Assembly: GCA_041666915.1 (NCBI GenBank)
Contig: JBAYFZ010000001.1
Span: 286,335 to 350,334 of the forward strand
Direction of reading: 5' to 3'
Length of the DNA: 64,000 bases
DNA from: Minisyncoccota bacterium
GTDB lineage: Bacteria > Patescibacteriota > Minisyncoccia > Phycocordibacterales > PALSA-1337
Part shown: in pieces, positions 1 to 8,456 of the stretch
How the letters are laid out: the number at the start of each line of letters is the position of its first letter
How positions within the stretch are numbered: the first letter of the stretch is position 1
Position numbers and translations under genes: made by a program
The notes under the pieces: model-generated
Database searches by the model: none
The model's input: the letters and a program-made list of their open reading frames with translations, nothing else
Told to the model about the DNA's origin: nothing

Positions 1-8
1 ACAAATCA

Positions 9-35
9 CCAACGTCTCTACCATGGAGACGTTTT
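9..35 (+). terminator. candidate rho-independent terminator (AACGTCTC-N7-GAGACGTT then TTTT)
   Basis: 8-bp inverted repeat followed by a T-run, read directly. Confidence 0.35.
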
Positions 36-77
36 CTATTGTACGCCAGCTATTCCATCTTAGAGGTGTTGCACCTT

Positions 78-166
78 GATAAGCACCTCAAAATCTTTCT
101 TGAGCTTACCCAGATTATTCGGGTTATAAACAGCAACGCAAGGATGATACAACACCACTATATCTC
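78..166. repeat. ~89-bp direct repeat copy 1; duplicate of the 3' coding end of the UDG gene (copy 2 at 1960-2048), one mismatch
   Basis: 81 identical bases gataagcacctcaaaatctttcttgagcttacccagattattcgggttataaacagcaacgcaaggatgatacaacaccac in both places. Confidence 0.9.
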
Positions 167-169
167 TAA

Positions 170-1873
170 TTATTTTCTCGAGACTAGATACGACCCAATC
201 GCTAATACATCAATATCAACCTCAAGAAACGCTTTTAATGCATCATCCGGCGAAAGTACAATTGGTCTACCTTTGATATTGAAAGATGTGTTTATAAACA
301 AAGGTGTACCAGACAAAGCATGATACGCTCTCAATAATTTGAAATATAAACCGTTGTCGCTTTCATTTATTGTCTGTGTTCTTACGGTACCATCAACATG
401 TTGAGCTGCTGGAACTTTTTCTCTAAGGTCTGATTTAATTGATTCAACAATAAGCATAAACGGTGATATGTAACCATGAACCAGCCAATCATTTTTGTAT
501 TCTTCAAGAATAGAGATCGCAAATGGTCTGAAAGATTCCCGTTGTTTTATCTTGTTAAGTCTTTCAACCATGCTATTTTCAACAGCTGGTGCAAGAATAC
601 TTCGTGAACCAAGTGCCCTAGGACCATACTCAAGTCTACCTTGAAAACACGCTACAATCTTTCCATTATTGAGTAATGTTGCTACTTTTTCATGGATCGC
701 ATCTTCTTTCGTAAATGAGACTTCATCTTTGTGAAGCCCTAAAGCATTTATGATTTCATCATCAGAATATTCTGGGCCAAGATAGGCATTGCGCATCTGA
801 CCTGGCTTTTTTCCAACATTAAACTCTTGCTGTAATAGATAGGCAGATCCAATAGACAAACCAGCATCATGTGAAGCGGGTTGAATAAATAAATCTTTAA
901 ATGCACTTTTCTCTAAAATCAACGCATTAACAACCGAGTTTAGACAAACACCGCCAGCCATAACTAAATTTGATTGCTGGGTGCGCTTATACACTTCTGC
1001 TAATTTTTCAAGAATAACTTTTTCTGTAAATACCTGTAGTGTTGCAGCAATATCCCTATGGATTTCTTTATCTTGTCCATGTTCGCAAGACTTTTCACCG
1101 AAAAAATCTTCAAACACTGGCGTAACATGTCCAGCTCCATCTCGATTATCAAAATACTTAGTGTCTGTAACAAACCAATTCGAGTCATTTTCTGGTTTAA
1201 ATGTAATCATTTTTTCAAACTCTTTCATATATTTTGGTCTGCCAAGTGCCGCAAAGGCCATCGTCGTGCCTGCTTTCGCCCACCCAGGTAAAAACCCGCA
1301 ATATTCACTTACGGCACCCCAAAGATTCCCTAAAGAATTAGGATGGTGAAGTGATCCAATTTGATTAACACCATTTTTATAATCAATTTTTCCCCAAATA
1401 CCAACTTCGTATTCTCCTCTACCATCAAGTGTAAAAAATGTAGCCTCATCAAATCCTGATGCATAAAATGCTGAAGCGACATGTGCGTGGTGATGTTTAT
1501 AATATCTTACAGCCACATTAGTATTGAGCTTCCCAATATATTTTTCAAAATCACTCTTGAGGAATAGTGACTTCCAGAATTTTCTCAAGCTATTTTTGAA
1601 CACTTTCCACGGTACATGATATTCAAAGATAAATTCCTTGATCATTCTCATGAACAACATCTCTCTTGGATGCCATGCTATGGCTATACCTTTTATATCC
1701 TGAGAAGTGATTCCAGCCTCTTTGAGACAATATTTGATTGAATTCACAGGAAAGGCATCCTCATGCTTTTTACTGGTAAAACGTTCCTCTTCTACCGCAG
1801 CAATAATTTTTCCGTTCTCATCTATAAGACAAGCACTACTATCATGTGAATATGTATTAAGTCCGAGATACAT
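170..1873 (-). CDS. carbamoyltransferase, NodU/CmcH family
   Basis: 567 aa; N-terminus MYLGLNTYSHDSSACLIDENGKIIAAVEEERF and overall length typical of NodU/CmcH O-carbamoyltransferases. Confidence 0.8.
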   Translation of the reverse strand: MYLGLNTYSHDSSACLIDENGKIIAAVEEERFTSKKHEDAFPVNSIKYCLKEAGITSQDIKGIAIAWHPREMLFMRMIKEFIFEYHVPWKVFKNSLRKFWKSLFLKSDFEKYIGKLNTNVAVRYYKHHHAHVASAFYASGFDEATFFTLDGRGEYEVGIWGKIDYKNGVNQIGSLHHPNSLGNLWGAVSEYCGFLPGWAKAGTTMAFAALGRPKYMKEFEKMITFKPENDSNWFVTDTKYFDNRDGAGHVTPVFEDFFGEKSCEHGQDKEIHRDIAATLQVFTEKVILEKLAEVYKRTQQSNLVMAGGVCLNSVVNALILEKSAFKDLFIQPASHDAGLSIGSAYLLQQEFNVGKKPGQMRNAYLGPEYSDDEIINALGLHKDEVSFTKEDAIHEKVATLLNNGKIVACFQGRLEYGPRALGSRSILAPAVENSMVERLNKIKQRESFRPFAISILEEYKNDWLVHGYISPFMLIVESIKSDLREKVPAAQHVDGTVRTQTINESDNGLYFKLLRAYHALSGTPLFINTSFNIKGRPIVLSPDDALKAFLEVDIDVLAIGSYLVSRK

Positions 1874-1953
1874 AGTGGTTAGTGAATTTTATTGATACTT
1901 TACTATACAATATATTTCTGTATCTTGAAATATCATACGGTCAGATAACCAAC

Positions 1954-2541
1954 CTAGCCGATAAGCACCTCAAAATCTTTCTTGAGCTTACCCAGATTAT
2001 TCGGGTTATAAACAGCAACGCAAGGATGATACAACACCACCATATCTATATCGCCATAACTCGCTTTTGCTTTATAAGACTTCCCATGAGCTTTGCCTAT
2101 CGGTTCCAATTGTGATCCTAAACCAAACTTCTCCATAACATAGCCCATAGCATAACGACCGAGTGCAACTACCACTCTTGGTTGAATGATCTCTATTTGC
2201 TTATCCAAAAATGGTCCGTAAATCTCTATTTCCTTTGGCGTTGGATCACGGTTTTCTGGAGGACGATCTTTGACTATATTAGTTATATAAATAGACTCAC
2301 GCTTAATTTTTACATGTTCCAAAAGCTTATCCAAGACTTTTCCCGCTGCTCCACAAAAAGGTTTACCTGTCTTGGCTTCATTCCTACCCGGAGCTTCTCC
2401 TATAAAAACTATTTCAGCATCATGACTTCCCTCACCTATTACAGGAAAAAAACCGTTGGTTGTACGGTATTCGTAAAGAGGAGATTCTTTGAGGTTAAGA
2501 ATTTTTTCTTCAATTTCTTTCATTCGTCCTTTCTTAGTCAT
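1954..2541 (-). CDS. uracil-DNA glycosylase, family 4 (phage SPO1 Pol-associated type)
   Basis: 195 aa; GEAPGRNEAKTGKPFCGAAG motif and C-terminal HPCVAVYNP typical of family-4 UDG. Confidence 0.8.
   Translation of the reverse strand: MTKKGRMKEIEEKILNLKESPLYEYRTTNGFFPVIGEGSHDAEIVFIGEAPGRNEAKTGKPFCGAAGKVLDKLLEHVKIKRESIYITNIVKDRPPENRDPTPKEIEIYGPFLDKQIEIIQPRVVVALGRYAMGYVMEKFGLGSQLEPIGKAHGKSYKAKASYGDIDMVVLYHPCVAVYNPNNLGKLKKDFEVLIG
1960..2048. repeat. ~89-bp direct repeat copy 2 (inside the UDG 3' coding region)
   Basis: identical to 78-166 apart from one base. Confidence 0.9.
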
Positions 2542-2623
2542 TTCTTAGAAATTAGTAATTAAAAATTAGAAATTAAGTAATTACTAGCAACAAATTCTTT
2601 AATACTTAATCATCAATCTACCC

Positions 2624-3484
2624 TTATTTCGCTTGTTCAATAACAATCTGTGCTTCAGTCAAAACTTTTTCCTGATCTTCTGCCTTTACACCTATTGAAT
2701 TCAAAACTCCCGGATTACCTACGAGATCCAGACAGACCAAAACATTTTGACCAGCCAATTCTCTCTTTTGATCGCGAGTAAGTGTAGTCAGACAAGCAAT
2801 AGGGTGTAAACTATTTTCAAAAATCAATTCGTGTAGATTGCCATGATCTGGATAGTTCCAACCAAGCAATTTCATCTTATTACATTCACCATATTGGATA
2901 GCCTTATCAGTAAACTTGGTATTGGTTATAAGCCAACGCTCAGTAAGTTTTCTTTTTACTCCACCATAGTCATATTCATTTTCTGAAATATCATCATATC
3001 TAGCTTTGACATAAAGACTAACTTTGAGATCCGACTTCAAACCAAATTCATTGTGATATTTTGCTTCAACCATAGCTAGAGAATTGTCTTTCCAAGCAAT
3101 GACATCCACCTCATGTTCCACACATTTTCCCAAGACAACCTGATCTGTAACGGCTTCATATCCCCACATTTTGAAAACTCTGGCTACAAACTTCTCAAAT
3201 GGAAAACCGTCTGGTCCAAGTTCGGTCATTGCTCTTCTTACAGAATATTTCACCGCAACTGGCATAGAATGTTTGCGAAGCAAAGCAAAAGCTCTCCTAT
3301 AAATCTCGGAGGTTGTCATGCCATCTGCAATCTCTTTACCGATCTCATCTGCAACGTCTTCAATTGCTTCCGGTGAAGCCCCAACACGTCTAAGTGAACT
3401 TACAAGCTTCTCTTCTTCGAATAATTGCTTTGTGCCATCTGACTTTGTAATAGAAATTAAGTGGTTCATGACGATATTGTACAT
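2624..3484 (-). CDS. ATP-cone domain fused to a PD-(D/E)xK restriction-endonuclease-like (Mrr-like) domain; start at Met13 or Met18 of the listed ORF is likely
   Basis: N-terminal ITKSDGTKQLFEEEKLVSSLRRVGASPEAIEDV is ATP-cone-like; central EHEVDVIAWKDNSLAMVEAKYH carries the D..E.K nuclease signature. Confidence 0.65.
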   Translation of the reverse strand: MYNIVMNHLISITKSDGTKQLFEEEKLVSSLRRVGASPEAIEDVADEIGKEIADGMTTSEIYRRAFALLRKHSMPVAVKYSVRRAMTELGPDGFPFEKFVARVFKMWGYEAVTDQVVLGKCVEHEVDVIAWKDNSLAMVEAKYHNEFGLKSDLKVSLYVKARYDDISENEYDYGGVKRKLTERWLITNTKFTDKAIQYGECNKMKLLGWNYPDHGNLHELIFENSLHPIACLTTLTRDQKRELAGQNVLVCLDLVGNPGVLNSIGVKAEDQEKVLTEAQIVIEQAK

Positions 3485-3513
3485 GAAAAAGGAAGCGGAA
3501 GCATCTTGTTGTT

Positions 3514-3614
3514 GCGTCATTCCCGCGAAGGCGGGAATCCAGGATTATTACGAACCATAAACTAGTAAATCGAGTGGTAACACACTGGATTCCCGCCTTC
3601 GCGGGAATGACGCA
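3514..3614. repeat. ~100-bp palindromic intergenic element (copy 1) with ~28-bp terminal inverted repeats GCGTCATTCCCGCGAAGGCGGGAATCCAGG; the core is ATTCCC-N8-GGGAAT
   Basis: inverted repeat read directly; second copy at 53276-53374. Confidence 0.8.
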
Positions 3615-3615
3615 A

Positions 3616-4710
3616 CTATATAATCACACCGCCACCAAGACATTTCTCACCATCATAAATAACCAAGGATTGCCCCGAGGATAGAGAATCCTGTGGTCTT
3701 TCAAATTCTATAACTGCTTCGGAAATGTTCGCGGAAATGATCTTTGCATTTTGAAGTGGTTGTCTATAACGGCCACGAACTTGTAGAGGTCTACCTATTT
3801 CAGGCATTTCTCCACTAACCCAATTCATAGAACCAATCCTTATTTGTTTATCAGTACTTGGTAATATCCCACTTTCATCTTTATTAGAAACCGTGATGGT
3901 ATTTTGTTCTGCATCTTTATCAATAATAAAATACGGCGCATCATGGGGTGTTTTTACCGTCAAAGTAAAACCTCGACGTTCACCTTTTGTAAATAACAAA
4001 GCACCAGGATGATTTCCTATAATTTCCCCTTTTTCATTCAAAACATTTCCAGAGGTGGATTTTATATAATGTGACAAAAATTCCTTTACATCCACTTTAC
4101 CAATAAAACACAAACCCTGACTATCTTTCTTTTCTGCATTTGGTAATTTGAATTTCAAAGCCAATTTTCTAACTTCTGGCTTGGTGAGATGACCGACTGG
4201 AAAAAGTATATGTTGTAAATCTTTTTGATTCAGAGTCCAAAGAAAATACGACTGGTCTTTATTTTTGTCTGTACCAGCAAGTAGTGAATAATTGGAATTA
4301 GCGTCACCACTTTGTAGTACCTGTGCGTAATGACCTGTAGCAACGAAATCTGCACCTTGTTCCAAAGCCCATTTTGAGAAAGCACCAAATTTTACGTAAC
4401 GATTACACATCACATCAGGATTTGGAGTCCTACCAACAGAATATTCTTTGACCATATAATCAATGACGTCCTTCTTGTATTCATTGACCAGATCCAAGGT
4501 AACAAAAGGAATATCAAGGTGAGCAGCTGCTCGTATTGCTTCCAAACGTTCCTCCTTCCAATTACATTCTATCCAATCTGGTTGCCAAACTTTGATGAAA
4601 ACACCCGTAACATCAAAACCTGCCCGCTTCAGTAAGCCGGCAGATACAGAACTATCAACCCCACCAGAAAGGCCAACAAAGACTTTTCCTTTTTTTACCC
4701 CTTTTTTCAT
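3616..4710 (-). CDS. mnmA: tRNA 2-thiouridine(34) synthase MnmA
   Basis: 364 aa; PP-loop VGLSGGVDSSVSA at N-terminus and overall MnmA/TrmU architecture. Confidence 0.9.
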   Translation of the reverse strand: MKKGVKKGKVFVGLSGGVDSSVSAGLLKRAGFDVTGVFIKVWQPDWIECNWKEERLEAIRAAAHLDIPFVTLDLVNEYKKDVIDYMVKEYSVGRTPNPDVMCNRYVKFGAFSKWALEQGADFVATGHYAQVLQSGDANSNYSLLAGTDKNKDQSYFLWTLNQKDLQHILFPVGHLTKPEVRKLALKFKLPNAEKKDSQGLCFIGKVDVKEFLSHYIKSTSGNVLNEKGEIIGNHPGALLFTKGERRGFTLTVKTPHDAPYFIIDKDAEQNTITVSNKDESGILPSTDKQIRIGSMNWVSGEMPEIGRPLQVRGRYRQPLQNAKIISANISEAVIEFERPQDSLSSGQSLVIYDGEKCLGGGVII

Positions 4711-4732
4711 CTTTCGAATAGTAACACAAAAT

Positions 4733-5695
4733 CTACGGAATGTACTTGTCCTTATTCACAAGATGACCATTATGATCCACAGCATAATGCATACCACCCT
4801 TACTATCAGATAAATAGAAAAGATAATTTGTCTTCGTCGGCGTCAAAACCGCTTCAATAGAATCAAGACCGGGATTAGAAATAGGCGTTGGTGGTAAACC
4901 AGTATGTTTATAAGTATTATAAGGTGAATCAATAGCGAGATCAGCCAAAGTTATGCCTTCGCCAGCTTTTTTATTGAGAACATAATAAAACGGTACATCA
5001 ACCTGTAACGGCATACCGATCTTTATCCTCTGTAACAATATTCCTGCGATAATCTTTCTATCTTTAGTACTAGAAGCTTCTTTTTCTACAATAGAAGCCA
5101 TTTTTATAACATCTTCCAAAGACTTCCCCGAAGCTTGAATAGCAAGTAACTCTGTTTTAATTTTTTGATTGAAAGTATCACGCAATTGGGCTACAACATC
5201 ATCCGGTTTAACATTTTCATAAAAATAATACGTATCTGGGAACAAATAACCTTCATAAGGCTTAGCTAGCACCAAAAAAGTTTGCAAATCAAATTTTGGA
5301 ATACTTTTTTTAATAGTCTCTCCAATACTCTTGGCAGTACTACCTTCGTAAATAGTAACTTTTATTTTAGGTAGATTTTGAATACCATTTATGAACCTGT
5401 AAGCAACCCTCAAAACTGATTGTGGTTCATCAAAGAGGTAGTCAGCCGCTTTTACACTACGATGACCAGAAAGTAATACTACAAAAATTTTGAACAGTGT
5501 AGGTGATTTTATAATATTATTTTTAGTCAAATTGTCAGCAACTTGAGATAAGTATTGTCCTGATTTTACCGTGATAATAGTTCTATCTGTAGGAAAATCT
5601 TTTGGCGCTATAGAAGCATAGATTCCAACAAAAATAATAACTGTGATTACAGCCAAAGTAGTGATGATAAGTTTTTTGGAAAAAATCTTTAACAT
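4733..5695 (-). CDS. mltG: endolytic murein transglycosylase MltG (YceG-like)
   Basis: 320 aa; N-terminal TM helix, then YceG-like motifs (PYNTYKHTGLPPTPISNPG). Confidence 0.8.
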   Translation of the reverse strand: MLKIFSKKLIITTLAVITVIIFVGIYASIAPKDFPTDRTIITVKSGQYLSQVADNLTKNNIIKSPTLFKIFVVLLSGHRSVKAADYLFDEPQSVLRVAYRFINGIQNLPKIKVTIYEGSTAKSIGETIKKSIPKFDLQTFLVLAKPYEGYLFPDTYYFYENVKPDDVVAQLRDTFNQKIKTELLAIQASGKSLEDVIKMASIVEKEASSTKDRKIIAGILLQRIKIGMPLQVDVPFYYVLNKKAGEGITLADLAIDSPYNTYKHTGLPPTPISNPGLDSIEAVLTPTKTNYLFYLSDSKGGMHYAVDHNGHLVNKDKYIP

Positions 5696-5744
5696 ATATC
5701 TTTAACATACATAAAGTCGCCTTCGCTCTGGCGAGCTTCGACGA

Positions 5745-7022
5745 CTAAATCGGCAAATTGCCTGGTGCCTGTGCTTTCTTGGAAGGAACACGATCCAAGT
5801 TTGGAGTCTGTGCAACCGATCCTGGGAAGTGATAAATCGTAGCCAACTCTTCGGTATTCATAATCAAAGGTTTTGCTTCAAAAGGTGTGTAGAAGTATGA
5901 ACGACGTTTGTAAGCCATCAAAGCCAACATTCCATACCTATTACGTCTCCAATCTTTATAATCAAGCCACGGATCACCAAGTCTAGGATGCCACTTATCT
6001 CCATTTGGTTTGAAACCGTTCAAATGCCCAGCATTAAACTGCTTCATATTTCCAATGATACCCCCAACAGCAAATTGGGTATTAAATATATCTTTTTTGG
6101 CTATATACAAAAATCTAATACCGACATCGTAAGGCAATTTGGTTATTCTTCTTTCAATAGCTGTAATAACTTCTCTTTCACCTTCAGAGATAGTTGGCAT
6201 TTTTGTAAACCCTGACGCTTCATCTTTTGTCCCAGCTATTTTCGTATCTGGATCACGTTTCATTATTTCATTAACCTCTTTTTTTGCTTCATCTTCCCAT
6301 GAATCACCGAGTTCAAAGAGCTTTCCTTTTTTAATTTTATCTTTGACGTGAGCACGAATAAGAATCTGCATCCAAACTTGTTGATTTGGACCCACACTTC
6401 CGAGGAATTCAATCAACGGTAGCATTGGATCAACTTTGAACTCCTCTTTTGGATCTTTGTCCAATCCGTAATCAACGTAAGTTTTCAGAGGATAAGATAC
6501 ATTTTTGTGAGTAAACTTAAATTCAGCACCCCAAATACGGATTTCTTTTGGATCAAAATGAACTGATCTAGTGTAATCTTCAACCTCTTTTATCTCTATC
6601 TCAGGATACTGAGAATATAAGGCCGACATCACACCTTGCTTACGAGCATCCTCAGTCCAAATAAAGAATTTAACAACACCTTCTACTGAAATAAGTTCAA
6701 GTGAATACCATGGTCTAGTTTCACCTTTCCAATATTGATTGTATTTACTACCATCTGCAGTATTGTGAAGTGAATTCAAAAAGACTTCCATAGCTTTTGG
6801 AGACTTGAAAGTGTCCTTTGGTAATTTGAGTTCCAGTAATGTCTTCTTTATTTTCAAAAAGTTTTTACCACGGATATAATCAACCCAAAGTCTCCAAAAA
6901 ATATCACCCAAAAGAAATACAAGAGCGATTGGCGCAAGAGCGATAATGAATTGGATAGACTGAGGAATGAAGGTCGTTTGGAATGACTGGAGTACAGAAG
7001 AAGCTGTTACATCTATAGGCAT
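5745..7022 (-). CDS. hypothetical protein with N-terminal transmembrane anchor
   Basis: 425 aa ORF, host-like composition, hydrophobic N-terminus; no recognisable motif. Confidence 0.55.
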   Translation of the reverse strand: MPIDVTASSVLQSFQTTFIPQSIQFIIALAPIALVFLLGDIFWRLWVDYIRGKNFLKIKKTLLELKLPKDTFKSPKAMEVFLNSLHNTADGSKYNQYWKGETRPWYSLELISVEGVVKFFIWTEDARKQGVMSALYSQYPEIEIKEVEDYTRSVHFDPKEIRIWGAEFKFTHKNVSYPLKTYVDYGLDKDPKEEFKVDPMLPLIEFLGSVGPNQQVWMQILIRAHVKDKIKKGKLFELGDSWEDEAKKEVNEIMKRDPDTKIAGTKDEASGFTKMPTISEGEREVITAIERRITKLPYDVGIRFLYIAKKDIFNTQFAVGGIIGNMKQFNAGHLNGFKPNGDKWHPRLGDPWLDYKDWRRNRYGMLALMAYKRRSYFYTPFEAKPLIMNTEELATIYHFPGSVAQTPNLDRVPSKKAQAPGNLPI

Positions 7023-7076
7023 GGGTATATTATAGCAGAGAGAGAGGGCAAGAGGCTATAAGTGCAAAGTATGGTT

Positions 7077-7190
7077 TAGTGCAAAGTGAAAAGTGCAAAA
7101 TGCAAAGTTGTAGTTATTAGTGAATAGTTAAGGAACTTAATAACTTTTCACTAAAACTTTGCATTTTGCACTTTTCACTTTTAACTAGAT
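7077..7190. repeat. large intergenic palindrome: ~27-bp arms AGTGAAAAGTGCAAAATGCAAAGTT / AACTTTGCATTTTGCACTTTTCACT separated by ~50 bp; partial copy at 53241-53266
   Basis: read directly. Confidence 0.75.
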
Positions 7191-7205
7191 GATTACGCTC
7201 ATCAT

Positions 7206-7247
7206 TTTGCACTAAAAAACATCCCGCATTGTTTCCAACACGGGATG
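7206..7247. terminator. bidirectional rho-independent terminator AAAAAACATCCCG-loop-CGGGATGTTTTTT downstream of the gene ending at 7259
   Basis: 13-bp perfect stem flanked by A-run and T-run. Confidence 0.7.
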
Positions 7248-7258
7248 TTTTTTATATG

Positions 7259-8311
7259 TTAGGCTTTTCCCTTTTCTCCTGCTGGTGAATACTTACCATC
7301 TTTATCTCTCTTGAAATACTTTGGATTTTGGAGGTTGACGATAATGGTATTTTCCTTTACGTATCTTTCTTTCATTACCTTATCAATAACTTCTTCCTTA
7401 GACATTGAACCATTTTTGACCAAGACTGAACGGATGACATCACGGACAACTCCTGGTGCATAACCCCATTCAGCTAGAGCATATAGACCACGACCGACTA
7501 GTACGAAACGAGGATCTTTGATGAGCTCATTGTGAGTAGTAGCAACGTGAGCTTTTTTATCAAACATAGTTGTAATCTGTTTTGCAACTTCACGGAAGTG
7601 AATAGGTGAACCATGCTTTCTAATAACCAAGAATGCATAATCACGCATACCCTTTGCTTTGATATTTGGAGAAGCTGAGACACCCCAATCGCCTAGTGGA
7701 TTTTTACCAATAGCTTTTGAGATCTGCAACCAGCGCTTTACAACTTCTTGATTTTTATAACGTTCAGAAACATCTTCTAAGTGACCGAGGAATTTGTTGA
7801 CCATTTCTGATTCTGGGAGTAGGTCTTGATTGTTGAGGTTGGAATACAATTTTCGGAGAGCTCCTTCAACTTCTTTGGCAAGAGCTTCATTTACATGCCA
7901 GCGATGACGGAATTCATCATCTTCCTTCATCTTACGGAAAGGTTCTCCGACTACTAGCAAAAAGAAGACATGGTTTTGTAGACTCTTGTCTTTTGAAACA
8001 TGTCCGAGGAAATCATCCTCAACGACGATACCACCTAGAGAATGAAGTAGAGTTTCAATCTCACTGAAGACTGCTTTTTCCTTTGTGTAGTCATCAGATT
8101 TGCGAATATTGGAAAGAGCGTAGTTCTCAATCTGACGAACACGTTCACGGGTAATACCGTAAATCTTGCCGATAGCATCGAGAGTCATACGCTTCACATC
8201 TTTACCCAAACCGTAACGATAAATGATAACTTCACGAGCACGGTCAGGTAGAGACGAAAGTAGTCTCTTTACGGTCTGCTTGGGCTTGAATGAAATGGTT
8301 GATGTGGCCAT
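7259..8311 (-). CDS. sigma-70 region-4-like HTH domain protein (function unknown)
   Basis: 350 aa; RAREVIIYRYGL...TLDAIGKIYGITRERVRQIENYAL resembles sigma-70 region 4. Confidence 0.5.
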   Translation of the reverse strand: MATSTISFKPKQTVKRLLSSLPDRAREVIIYRYGLGKDVKRMTLDAIGKIYGITRERVRQIENYALSNIRKSDDYTKEKAVFSEIETLLHSLGGIVVEDDFLGHVSKDKSLQNHVFFLLVVGEPFRKMKEDDEFRHRWHVNEALAKEVEGALRKLYSNLNNQDLLPESEMVNKFLGHLEDVSERYKNQEVVKRWLQISKAIGKNPLGDWGVSASPNIKAKGMRDYAFLVIRKHGSPIHFREVAKQITTMFDKKAHVATTHNELIKDPRFVLVGRGLYALAEWGYAPGVVRDVIRSVLVKNGSMSKEEVIDKVMKERYVKENTIIVNLQNPKYFKRDKDGKYSPAGEKGKA

Positions 8312-8456
8312 ATTTTTTAATTAATAAATAAGTTGAAATTACTCTTATTGTTTTATCATTCTCTTGTATTAAAGTCAATCATGTGTGGATTTACTATAAA
8401 TACAAAACTAAACTGATATGCTCACATTAACACTTTGGGGGGTATTTTGTCAATAC

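Noticed and set aside
39-323. 94-aa plus-strand ORF
   Set aside because: Overlaps the duplicated UDG fragment and the 3' end of the carbamoyltransferase gene on the opposite strand. Its apparent protein-likeness comes from reading the reverse strand of a coding repeat.
2542-2623. short AT-rich tandem-like repeats (AAATTAGTAATTAAAAATTAGAAATTAAGTAATTACT)
   Set aside because: Low-complexity intergenic AT-rich sequence without clear periodicity. Likely promoter/UP-element-type DNA rather than a defined repeat element.
3514-3614. neisserial origin suggested by the dRS3-like ATTCCC-N8-GGGAAT core
   Set aside because: Genome composition and gene content are entirely unlike Neisseria. The similarity is to a short palindrome and is best treated as convergent or coincidental.
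7077-7190. possible CRISPR array (repeated GCAAAGTG.. units here and at 53241)
   Set aside because: It is an inverted, not direct, repeat with only two arms and no regular spacers. No CRISPR array or cas genes are apparent anywhere in the window.
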